From Methanobacteriota archaeon (GTDB taxonomy: Archaea > Thermoplasmatota > Poseidoniia > Poseidoniales > Poseidoniaceae): a stretch of DNA of 64,000 nt. The notes beneath the pieces were generated by a model. The model worked only from the letters and a program-made list of their open reading frames with translations. It was not told the origin of the DNA and ran no database searches. Both the position numbers and the translations under genes were made by a program. Position 1 is the stretch's first letter; each line of letters opens with the position of its first letter. Positions 38,525 to 47,435 of this stretch are shown piece after piece. The stretch covers positions 12,722-76,721 of the forward strand of contig PAJM01000017.1 in the NCBI GenBank assembly GCA_002706065.1. Direction: 5' to 3'.

Positions 38525-39481
38525 TTTCGTTTCCATCCATTCTTCAATCAATTGATCACGAATTGCGTTCTCTTTTTCGTACGCATGATTCAGTTCTGCA
38601 ACGATGTGAAACGTAAAATCGGATTGGCTATTATCGTGAACATCAATGAGAAGTGCCGCATGTTGTGTACCCAACGTTGCATCATGTTTGGCTTGAATCA
38701 GCAATGTCGGACACGAAGGGAATCCCCAAATTGGTGTTGACAATTGTTCTACTGAATCTACTTGGTATATTGGAGGATTAATTCGATTGTAATACTTTAA
38801 CAATCGATTCATCATTGTCTTGTGGAAGTATGATGGGATACGTAGATACTCACATGTTTGATTGTTAATGTACTCATACGATGTAACAGGAGATTCCAAA
38901 ATCATTCCCAAAGCATACTTCGATGTGTGCAAATCCGGGCGCATGACACGTTGGGCAACAAAACCTCCTAAACTATGACCGTGGATGACGAAACCATTCT
39001 TCAGCCATCCACGTTGTTCAAACGCGTTAAGCACGTTTTCAAGATCATGACAGACATGTAATGCCGCCCAGTTCTTCACGCGTTCACTCCCGCCGTGGGC
39101 TCGCATTTCAAACAAAATGGTGTTGTATCCTGATTGTTCATAGAGTACACTTCGTCCAATCATGTTAGATGCCCTTGAATTCCATCCGTGGATAAGAATT
39201 GCGAGTGGTTTGTCAGGGTCGATGGCTTTCGACAACCAACGAACGGGATAATCAGCAACAGAAAGCACATCCCTGGTCCATTCAACTGGAGGTGGTGAAT
39301 CCTTACGCTGAATTGGAAGCCTTAGCATGAAGCCTAAGGTTAACGCATACCACAAATCACAGACAATGAATGGTGTGAGGTAAATTAGAACATACAATGC
39401 ATCTGTCAATGCCAGACATATGGAGATGAGCAACCAAAACGTTGAATGAGCAACGAATGCAGAAAAACGATGGGTGGACAT
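38507..39481 (-). CDS. Alpha/beta hydrolase, membrane-anchored
   Basis: IHGW, R.HG.S, GHSLGG nucleophile elbow, QAKHD, LNH. Confidence 0.85.
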   Translation of the reverse strand: MSTHRFSAFVAHSTFWLLISICLALTDALYVLIYLTPFIVCDLWYALTLGFMLRLPIQRKDSPPPVEWTRDVLSVADYPVRWLSKAIDPDKPLAILIHGWNSRASNMIGRSVLYEQSGYNTILFEMRAHGGSERVKNWAALHVCHDLENVLNAFEQRGWLKNGFVIHGHSLGGFVAQRVMRPDLHTSKYALGMILESPVTSYEYINNQTCEYLRIPSYFHKTMMNRLLKYYNRINPPIYQVDSVEQLSTPIWGFPSCPTLLIQAKHDATLGTQHAALLIDVHDNSQSDFTFHIVAELNHAYEKENAIRDQLIEEWMETKSLFFG

Positions 39482-39495
39482 AAGGTTGTATTCCT

Positions 39496-40329
39496 TCAGT
39501 CATCTTTGCTTTCTTCTGTTGTTTCTTCCGAATCCTCGGAATTGGCTTTTTCTTCTTTGGCCTTTGCACGCTCTTCAACACGCTTTGCGTACTTTTCACC
39601 AAACTGACTCATGCTTTCGAGTCGAGCTCGGAATCCAGATGTAGCCTTTTCTTCCGGAACATAGCGAACCAGATAGGCTCCAAACATCAGATCAAACAAT
39701 CCTTGATTGAGTTCACTGTTTCGAGTAAATTGCCAGTTCACGATCCAGAGAATCATAAAGACGGCTCCAATCGATGTCATAACCATTGGAGTTGTGCCTC
39801 CATCGGATAGACTGCCTGCTTGTGTAAATATCAGCCAAAATCCAACCAATGAAAGCAATCCGATGTTGTTCACGGCCAATGCATGGAGGAAGTTGGGTTT
39901 TGTTCCATCTCCGCGAATGTAGCGCGTACTGGATGTGAATTGGCCGAGATTGCGGCCAGAATTGAAGGGCAAGAAGATCGAGTTGAATATCAGTACAACG
40001 AGAGAGATCACTGCAACAGCTGTGATTGCAACACCACCGTTTCCTGAACCACCTGTGTATGCTGACAAAAATCCAGCAGTGATAAGCAGAGCAAAATTGG
40101 CTGTGAAATTGATCCACCAGCAGATGACACGACTTAGTTTGGGTGCAATTTCAAACTCTGCTGAAAGACTTGCTGGACGAGGTTTCTTGACCTTTTCCTT
40201 TTTGACTTTCTTCGGTTTTGCAGCAGCAACTTTCGCTGCTTTTGCAGGTTTTGCTACCTTTGCCGCTTTCGCTGGTTTTTTCTTGGTAGCTTCCGTTTCG
40301 CTTGATTCAACTTTGTCGAGTAGTCCCAT
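39496..40329 (-). CDS. Membrane protein (RDD-like) with Lys/Ala-rich N-terminus
   Basis: KPAKAAKVA repeated twice, four TMs, GRNLG and QGLFD..FG.Y.V reminiscent of RDD. Confidence 0.7.
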   Translation of the reverse strand: MGLLDKVESSETEATKKKPAKAAKVAKPAKAAKVAAAKPKKVKKEKVKKPRPASLSAEFEIAPKLSRVICWWINFTANFALLITAGFLSAYTGGSGNGGVAITAVAVISLVVLIFNSIFLPFNSGRNLGQFTSSTRYIRGDGTKPNFLHALAVNNIGLLSLVGFWLIFTQAGSLSDGGTTPMVMTSIGAVFMILWIVNWQFTRNSELNQGLFDLMFGAYLVRYVPEEKATSGFRARLESMSQFGEKYAKRVEERAKAKEEKANSEDSEETTEESKDD

Positions 40330-40342
40330 ATTCTCGCCTCAT

Positions 40343-41320
40343 TCATGTGTACATTTCAGAAATCTGCTTGTAAATTGCAAAGTCTCCAGATTCGACAAAC
40401 GCAGTAATCGAAGAGTCAGGCATGTTTCCGAGTTGCTCATCGATGATGTTGAAAAATTCACCACGTTGTTCATCACTTATAGCTGTAGGATCAGCTCCAA
40501 CTTCCTTGAACAATTCAAAACCATCGGACGCTAGGAATGCTTGAATTGCATCCTCAGGAAGTTCATCACCGAGTAAATCATTGACAATTGAAAAGAACTG
40601 GGAGAACAGTTCATCGGCCTCATCAATACTTGCGTCTTCCATTTCATCGGTTTCATCTTCGTCTTCCGATGCAGTATCAGCTTCAATGGGCTTGCTCATG
40701 AGTGAGCGCCGTTCAGCCATCAGTTCTTCAAGTTGAGGGACGAGAGCGCGTAATGCGTCTTTGTCTCCATTAGCTTTAGCCGATTTGTATTGCGGTTTGA
40801 GTTCTCTGAGAAGGTTTTCAACCACCGTCAGTCGGTCCGGTTCCTCTTCGTCAAGTAATTCTACAACAGGAGCGTTTCGAACTTCGTTCAGTGCGTCATC
40901 TCGTTCTTTTTTCCTGAGCACAATGATGTCTCGGTCGAGTTCATGCCCGAATCGGTCGGAATATCGATCCAAGAGTGATCCAGATTCACCGGATCCGAGT
41001 CGGTCAATCGCCCCGTATATTTGGGGGAGAGGTTTAGCGGAACGTTTTGCCCATAGATCACCATATTCATTCGATGGTTCCTCCACAGGTGCGGGAGCAG
41101 GTGTGGGGGCAGGGACCTGTGGTGCTGGCGGTTGCTCAACAGGCAATGGAGAAGGTGTTGGCATTGGTGCTGGAGGAAGTTGTGGCTGAGGCGATGGTTC
41201 TGGGATTGGCGCTGCAGGTAACGGTGGAAGTGCAGCCCCTGGTAGTGGGGGCAAATCACCCAATGGAGGCAAAGGAGAAGGTGGAGTTTGTGGAGTTTTG
41301 TTCTTCTTCCGACGTCGCAT
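40343..41320 (-). CDS. Hypothetical proline-rich protein with duplicated C-terminal module
   Basis: ATG at 41320 after GAGGTGAG; MRRRKKNK, polyproline tract, two ~40-aa repeats. Confidence 0.75.
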   Translation of the reverse strand: MRRRKKNKTPQTPPSPLPPLGDLPPLPGAALPPLPAAPIPEPSPQPQLPPAPMPTPSPLPVEQPPAPQVPAPTPAPAPVEEPSNEYGDLWAKRSAKPLPQIYGAIDRLGSGESGSLLDRYSDRFGHELDRDIIVLRKKERDDALNEVRNAPVVELLDEEEPDRLTVVENLLRELKPQYKSAKANGDKDALRALVPQLEELMAERRSLMSKPIEADTASEDEDETDEMEDASIDEADELFSQFFSIVNDLLGDELPEDAIQAFLASDGFELFKEVGADPTAISDEQRGEFFNIIDEQLGNMPDSSITAFVESGDFAIYKQISEMYT

Positions 41321-41410
41321 ACACTCACCTCTATATTGACTGGAGGCGATTCTACCCTTGAACCTTACCACAAATAGAACACGAAAATGTACATCTTAGT
41401 TTCTTCAAGT

Positions 41411-42610
41411 TCACACCATTTTTGCCCAACCTTTGAGGCTTAGAAACGTAGCCGCAGATTCGGATACGTTTAGACGATCGCCTGCTGAAACATCGTGCTG
41501 GTCCTGTTCGAAACGAAGGACAGCATCGTCGACAATTATTTCCACATCAATCATTTTTTGGTTACCAAAGACAAAAGCTTCACTCAGTGCATCAAATGGA
41601 TCCCCTCCCTCAGCGTCAAGACGGTGGAGAGGGAATTCTGTAACCCTCATTCCAGTTTTCCCATGCAATGAAGTAGGCCAACGTATTTGCCGACGAACAT
41701 CAATAGTGACGACTTCATCGGTTTCACCTGCTGCTCCTAGTACGATTGAGGCATCGGATTTAACAAGATCAAGGAACAACCCTTGGTGTGCCCCTAACCG
41801 TGAAATTTGTCCATTGATTATGGATTGCCGTCGATCATCATGCAGAAACATATCTGCTAATTTTTGAATGCTTGCTGGTCCTTTTCCTGGCTTTCCTTCT
41901 CTTCGGAGATTCTCCTTCAATCCGAGATGCAGTTCTTTCATTATTCTTGGTGCATCTTCATCACCTTGAGCAATGGTGAGAAGTTTGTCAATGAGAGTGG
42001 GTATTTGGTTTCGTATCCGTTTGCTCCAGCCTTTTGCATTGGCATCGCCAAACCGCGTCAGACCACCTTGGACATCAACACCCTCGCCACGTATATGCGA
42101 AACCAACTCCCTTCTGGCTTCAGAATCCAAGTGAAACAACGATGGGTCGCGATAATGGAGATGGAATCCTCGATGACCGGAAAACGTCACTTGCAAGAAA
42201 GATTCATCAAATCCAAATTCAGGTTGAAGAAAATCATTCCAGAGTGCGTGCGCTTGATCTCGAATCACATCCAACATTGCTGGGAAATCACGATCTGTCA
42301 CGCCAGGCAAGTGGTCACCGTCCAAATCAAAAATTAAATCGGCCCCTTGCCACATTTTGTCATCCATTTTTAATTCGTACGGCTTTTGCCAATATGCCGT
42401 TGAATAGAAGCAAGAGTGCATGGCTCGTTCAGAGAGGAATTGACGTAAATCGGTCTCACTTCTGAACGATTTATGACGCAATGGCGGTGCACCACCAAAT
42501 GGAATAAACATCCATTCCCTTTTCGGCATTCTTGGGGGTCTCCAGAATGTAGAATTTTGATAGTAACGGCCAAATTTGTGAGCAAAGCGAGCCCATCCGG
42601 ATGAGGCCAT
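41411..42610 (-). CDS. priS: DNA primase catalytic subunit
   Basis: REW.F, RH.SF, YSTAYW.P, GADLIFDLD.DH, FSG.RG.H, D..VT.D..R.IR.P.SLHGKTG. Confidence 0.94.
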   Translation of the reverse strand: MASSGWARFAHKFGRYYQNSTFWRPPRMPKREWMFIPFGGAPPLRHKSFRSETDLRQFLSERAMHSCFYSTAYWQKPYELKMDDKMWQGADLIFDLDGDHLPGVTDRDFPAMLDVIRDQAHALWNDFLQPEFGFDESFLQVTFSGHRGFHLHYRDPSLFHLDSEARRELVSHIRGEGVDVQGGLTRFGDANAKGWSKRIRNQIPTLIDKLLTIAQGDEDAPRIMKELHLGLKENLRREGKPGKGPASIQKLADMFLHDDRRQSIINGQISRLGAHQGLFLDLVKSDASIVLGAAGETDEVVTIDVRRQIRWPTSLHGKTGMRVTEFPLHRLDAEGGDPFDALSEAFVFGNQKMIDVEIIVDDAVLRFEQDQHDVSAGDRLNVSESAATFLSLKGWAKMV

Positions 42611-42646
42611 GTAGGCTGCTATGGTTGACAGTTTTTGAACGCAACC

Positions 42647-42856
42647 CTATTCAGTCTTCATGTAGAATTTCTCTTCGGTTTCCCCTACAACGGTGACTGT
42701 ATCTGCGCCGGTATGTTCGACGTAATGTTCCCAGCAGTAGTAGTGTTGATTGTGAACCATAGCCGAACCAAACGTGAGGCGTATACCACACGTATGGCAT
42801 CGTGGCCCAATCTCACCATTCGGGGCTTGTGCGAGTTGGACATGTTCATGTGGCAT
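42647..42856 (-). CDS. Small zinc-finger protein (CxxC...CxxH)
   Basis: RCHTCG...YYCWEHY; SD AGGTGAG upstream. Confidence 0.72.
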   Translation of the reverse strand: MPHEHVQLAQAPNGEIGPRCHTCGIRLTFGSAMVHNQHYYCWEHYVEHTGADTVTVVGETEEKFYMKTE

Positions 42857-42913
42857 CTTCTCACCTGTTTGATGCTAATGGTCTGGGTTCTAAAATGTCT
42901 TGTTGAATTGTAG

Positions 42914-43384
42914 TTATTCCGGCATTGTACTCTTACGTACCCAATCCAACAAGTCCAATGCAACTTCACAAGATTCACTTACTTCGATGTGTTCATCGTC
43001 AAGATATTCCTTCAACACCTCGATCGCTTTAGGGTTGCCAATGGCCCCTAACGCTTCTGCAGCTTCATGGCGGACCATGACATGTTCGTTGGAATCGGAG
43101 AGAATATGAATCAGCGTGGGTATGGCATCGTCCATTTGCATTTGTCCTAATACATAGGCCAGTTCATGTCGTAAAAGAGCACTCTTTGAAGAAAATGCCT
43201 CGCACAGGGCTAAACATGACTCAGATGATCGTATGTTTCTCAGTTTGAACACAGCTCTCATGCGTTGGAACATTTTTTCTTCCTCGTTGAGGAGTGTGGA
43301 GCGTAATGTATCCAACTCGGTGAATTCTGATGCGGGCGCAGGATCTACCGAACCGTATTCACTCACTTCGGGGCGCTGAGTCAC
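42914..43384 (-). CDS. HEAT-repeat protein resembling half of deoxyhypusine hydroxylase
   Basis: SVDPAP, R.RAVF.LRN, SALLRHELAYVLGQMQ, MVRHEAAEALGAIG, V.ESCEVALD. Confidence 0.85.
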   Translation of the reverse strand: MTQRPEVSEYGSVDPAPASEFTELDTLRSTLLNEEEKMFQRMRAVFKLRNIRSSESCLALCEAFSSKSALLRHELAYVLGQMQMDDAIPTLIHILSDSNEHVMVRHEAAEALGAIGNPKAIEVLKEYLDDEHIEVSESCEVALDLLDWVRKSTMPE

Positions 43385-43390
43385 AATGTT

Positions 43391-44272
43391 TCACTCCACT
43401 GCGCCAATGAATGATAGACTCTCGACATCAAAGTCCTCTCGAATCATACCTAACTCTTGACCTTCTTTGAGGAATTGTCGTATTGAGGAACGACCTTCTG
43501 GTTTGTAGTCAATGGTGCGGTCGTTGACGTACATCGTTACAAATTTTTGATTTGTCTCATCGTCAATTCCACGACCCCAAGCCTTTGCAAATTCTAGCGC
43601 TTCTTCAGGATGCGTGATTGAATGCTCAATACTCATCTTTGTGTACATTGTAATATCTTCCATTATTTGTTGGCCAAGGTCACGACGCACTACGTTCCCA
43701 CCCAAGGGCATAGGCCAACCGTTGGTGCGTTCATTCCACCAAACACCAAGATCGATGAGGACATTCAAGTCGTGTTCTACATACGTCAGCTGACCTTCGT
43801 GGATGATGAGACCGCATTGATAGGTATCGTCGAGAATTCTTGGAATGATTTCATCAAATGCTACGACTTCAACATCTACATCACCCCATGCCAATCTGAG
43901 CCCAAGATATGCAGATGTTTTCAATCCAGGGATTGCAATCTTCGATAATTTCGCCTCTTCAAGACTCAAACCTTGCTTAGCGACGATCATTGGTCCATAT
44001 CCCTCACCCATTGATGCTCCACAATTCATCAAGGCATAATTCTCTGCGATGTCCGGATATGCATGAATGGATACTGCAGATACCTCAAGGTCACAGTTCA
44101 TTGCACGGTGGTTAAGAGTTTCTATGTCCTGAAGTTCGTGGACAAAATTGTAACCAGGCGTTGGAAACGCGTTCGTCGTCATGGCATGAAACATGAATGC
44201 ATCATCAGGATCTGGTGAGTGTCCGATGCGAACTATGAGGTTGCCATGTTCATCTCGTGGAAGATTCGCCAT
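43391..44272 (-). CDS. mqnD: 1,4-dihydroxy-6-naphthoate synthase
   Basis: GHSPDPDDAFMF, DIETLN, GASMGEGYGP, IIHEGQL, PLG.N, MYVN. Confidence 0.92.
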   Translation of the reverse strand: MANLPRDEHGNLIVRIGHSPDPDDAFMFHAMTTNAFPTPGYNFVHELQDIETLNHRAMNCDLEVSAVSIHAYPDIAENYALMNCGASMGEGYGPMIVAKQGLSLEEAKLSKIAIPGLKTSAYLGLRLAWGDVDVEVVAFDEIIPRILDDTYQCGLIIHEGQLTYVEHDLNVLIDLGVWWNERTNGWPMPLGGNVVRRDLGQQIMEDITMYTKMSIEHSITHPEEALEFAKAWGRGIDDETNQKFVTMYVNDRTIDYKPEGRSSIRQFLKEGQELGMIREDFDVESLSFIGAVE

Positions 44273-44378
44273 GAACGTCCCAAGGACGTTTCATTCAAGA
44301 ACCAACCGACTCATTTTGAAAACAAAATTCACTCTCAATTAACGGATTGTTTATGTAATTGTTGAGTATGTTCAGTAC

Positions 44379-46637
44379 ATGGTAACAGGAGGTCGAATTC
44401 GAGATGTTCTCATTCTCCTTGTTGTCGTAGGTACTTTGTGCTGTTCTAGCACGGCATCCGCATCCAATGAACTCTTCTTTAATGAGGCGATTGAAGTTGC
44501 CGATGTAGACACTGGTATACGAACCATTGAAGTGGATGCATCTGGAAACGTATTTGCAACATTCGGATCAGTTTTGTACAAACTGTCGGACTCAGGTTCC
44601 GTTCTAGCAGAACGAACATTTGAGAAGGAAATTACGGCTACCGCCATTTCGCCAGATTTTACGAAATTAGCACTCACACTCCGTTCGGGTTCGAGTGGAG
44701 ACGATTCAATCTTTATTTTGTCAACTGGTGATTTGAGTACACAGGTTTCGAGTGATACCACACGTACAAACGCCTTCATCCTTGAGTGGTCACCAAACGG
44801 GGGTGATCTCTATTCAAATGATCCGAACGCAGGCATGATTCAATTGAACCGAGAGACACTTGCAGAAGACGTATCCTATCAAGGCAACCATACAGGAACA
44901 ATGGCTTGTGTGGACATATCCGGCAACAGTGGTGCAGTACTCACTGCAGATGAAAACGGATTGATTCAGTTGTGGAACAACGATGGTGATGTTATCCAAC
45001 ATGAATTTCAGCTCCAGTCATCAATCCTAGATTGTGCTATTGGATACAACGACCAATACTTTTCAGTGTCAACTCCAGAAGATGGGATCCGTAAGTGGAC
45101 ATTTTCAGGATCGGAACTTAAACCGATAGATGTTAATGGAGCGGAGAGGTACCAATTTACCACAAGCGGGGACAAGGTTATCGTTCACAAAAGCACACCT
45201 TCTCAGCACATTCTCGTGTATGATTATGTCAATGAGATATCTGTCAATCAAATCTCAATGTTCCACACGTTTGATGATTATGTGGTGATGTTTGACGGTG
45301 CTGGAACCATTTCCGATATTTTCCTTAATTCAAAGGTAGATTACATCGTGAAATACGGGACCTCAATAGAGCGTGTAGGTGTCGGAGCATCGGGAATCGA
45401 TACAGATGGTGATGGTGTCCCTGATTCTTTGGATGATGATGATGATGGGGACGGAATTGAAGACAATTGGGACCTCAATTGTGCTGACGTTGGAATTGCA
45501 TGCGATCTCCTTCCAGATGAAGATCTTGTTCGTTCCATAAATTTGAACATCAACAAGACCAACTTCATCGTTGAGCAGACATTCACATTCAATAAAGCCA
45601 CGTCAGCAAGCATCCGAGATTTGTCTCGCTTGTCGTTGGATAACGATGTACGATTATCTTCCGATGAAGCACAGCTCTTGGCAAGTACGATTTGTTCGAA
45701 CATTGATCAAGAAGCTGCAAGTACAGGTATAACATCCACCATAACCATCGAAAATGCTTCACTCAACTTCACACACATGGACTGTTCAATCGAACAAGGA
45801 ATGACGCTTGTCCCAACCAACGACAGGACCTCTCACATTCGATATTCGATATCGTTTGTCTATGACATCGAAACAACTCAACCATTGGATGGGACGGCTG
45901 TTGATGTTGAAAATCATCGATTCCCCAGTTCTGGAAGTGTTACTGAACTAAGTGATCAACACCCAATTCGCATAACAATAGGTGGGCCTACGATCATAAC
46001 GCAAGTGTATGTTCCGTGGCACATACAACAATCAGATGTAACGTTTAATCTCGAGTCGGTGAAAGAAGACAATGACAATCTAAATCCAAAAAATATACTG
46101 TCTTCACCTCTGACAATCGGAATCATTCTTGTTGGAATATTTGTTGTTGGATTTGTTGCTCAACGACTCTATGATCTCGTTTCTAAATCAGGTTATGACA
46201 TTGAATTGGATGACGAAGATGATGAAAATGATGCATCGGATGCTGATGAGTTAGACGACGACTACGAAGATGAAGCGTATTATCATGAAGAAGCGTTTGA
46301 AGAGGAGCCTGTTGAAGAAGCGGTGACTGAAACCGTAAAAAGGAGACCTGCGCGACGCAAAACCGTTGGCAAAACGTCGAAGCGCGTCCCCATTGATTCT
46401 TCAGAAGCAACTCAGGCAAAAGAGCTCCTTGAACAATCTTCCAACGAAGTAGTCCGTAAGCGTAGAGCACGACGATCTGAACAGGACCCTGGAACGAGTA
46501 AGCGAAGGAAACTGAGTGATGTTGAACCTAGCGATTCAAGACCGCGTAAACGGCGAGCAGTGCGGCGTGATGTTGCCAATGATGAGGAGATGGATGAGAC
46601 ACTGAAGCGCTTTGTTTCAGAATCACCAGAGGAATGA
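44379..46637 (+). CDS. Surface protein: beta-propeller, TSP3-like Ca-binding motif, TM, charged cytoplasmic tail
   Basis: Signal-like N-terminus, WD40-like motifs (WSPNG, GLIQLW, IRKW), DTDGDGVPDSLDDDDDGDGIED, TM, acidic then Arg-rich tail. Confidence 0.8.
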   Translation: MVTGGRIRDVLILLVVVGTLCCSSTASASNELFFNEAIEVADVDTGIRTIEVDASGNVFATFGSVLYKLSDSGSVLAERTFEKEITATAISPDFTKLALTLRSGSSGDDSIFILSTGDLSTQVSSDTTRTNAFILEWSPNGGDLYSNDPNAGMIQLNRETLAEDVSYQGNHTGTMACVDISGNSGAVLTADENGLIQLWNNDGDVIQHEFQLQSSILDCAIGYNDQYFSVSTPEDGIRKWTFSGSELKPIDVNGAERYQFTTSGDKVIVHKSTPSQHILVYDYVNEISVNQISMFHTFDDYVVMFDGAGTISDIFLNSKVDYIVKYGTSIERVGVGASGIDTDGDGVPDSLDDDDDGDGIEDNWDLNCADVGIACDLLPDEDLVRSINLNINKTNFIVEQTFTFNKATSASIRDLSRLSLDNDVRLSSDEAQLLASTICSNIDQEAASTGITSTITIENASLNFTHMDCSIEQGMTLVPTNDRTSHIRYSISFVYDIETTQPLDGTAVDVENHRFPSSGSVTELSDQHPIRITIGGPTIITQVYVPWHIQQSDVTFNLESVKEDNDNLNPKNILSSPLTIGIILVGIFVVGFVAQRLYDLVSKSGYDIELDDEDDENDASDADELDDDYEDEAYYHEEAFEEEPVEEAVTETVKRRPARRKTVGKTSKRVPIDSSEATQAKELLEQSSNEVVRKRRARRSEQDPGTSKRRKLSDVEPSDSRPRKRRAVRRDVANDEEMDETLKRFVSESPEE

Positions 46638-47426
46638 GGGCATTTCCTTCAAGCCACAACAATTCGCTAGGAATTGGCGAAGACCGTCCACATGTTCATC
46701 ATCAAGACGATTGAAGACCTCACCAAAGTATCGATTCAAACGTTCCATTGACATGTCTGAATGGAGGTGTGCATGGAGAAGGACCTTTTCACGTGTCAAC
46801 GGGTTTTCTTCGAATGAACTAAGCCGTGAGAGGAGTGCTTGATGTGCTGCTTTAACAGCTTCAAGCGGTGTATCTTTACGTGCAGCAAAGACTCCGAAGA
46901 CCATTGGTTGACCAGTGAGATCGAGCCAAGCTTGCCCCAAGTCAAGCTGGACCAATTCAGGATTGGTTTTTGCTCGATCAAGTGCTCGATCACCAATGAG
47001 TAATGCTCCATCGCATCGTTCAAGCATTGTATCCAAATCAGGACCCATCTCAACAGGTCGAGGGTCGATTCCACGTTGCTTCAGAAGGAATTTGAGCAAA
47101 GCAACGGATGATGATGAATCAGTAGGCAGTGCGATATCTCGCATTTCTTCAAGTGGCCTGTTTCCAAACACGAGAACACTACCAACTTCTCCTTTGGAGC
47201 AAATTCCGATTTCTGGGACGAGTGCAAGTTCATCGCTGTGTTTGGCGTAATCAGCCGCCGGTATTGGTGCAAGGACACAATCTCTGCGTAGCAAGTGACC
47301 AGTAAGCCATGAGGGAGGAGCCGGTAGAACATGGTACGATTCATCCAAACCAACGAACAGTGGATCGCAATTCATGAATGCAACTCGACCAATGGTCTTC
47401 ATCCAACGGGGAGATTGTGTTAACAT
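46623..47426 (-). CDS. mqnA: Chorismate dehydratase
   Basis: F.N..PL, G.V.SV, S.SSV.L, LLIGDRAL, DLG..W...TG.P.VF.V. Confidence 0.9.
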   Translation of the reverse strand: MLTQSPRWMKTIGRVAFMNCDPLFVGLDESYHVLPAPPSWLTGHLLRRDCVLAPIPAADYAKHSDELALVPEIGICSKGEVGSVLVFGNRPLEEMRDIALPTDSSSSVALLKFLLKQRGIDPRPVEMGPDLDTMLERCDGALLIGDRALDRAKTNPELVQLDLGQAWLDLTGQPMVFGVFAARKDTPLEAVKAAHQALLSRLSSFEENPLTREKVLLHAHLHSDMSMERLNRYFGEVFNRLDDEHVDGLRQFLANCCGLKEMPSFLW

Positions 47427-47435
47427 TGTTTCACC

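Noticed and set aside
39935-41189. Long antisense ORFs (39935-40534, 40761-41189; also 27050-27586, 60679-61227)
   Set aside because: Shadow frames opposite better-supported genes, with no recognisable motifs
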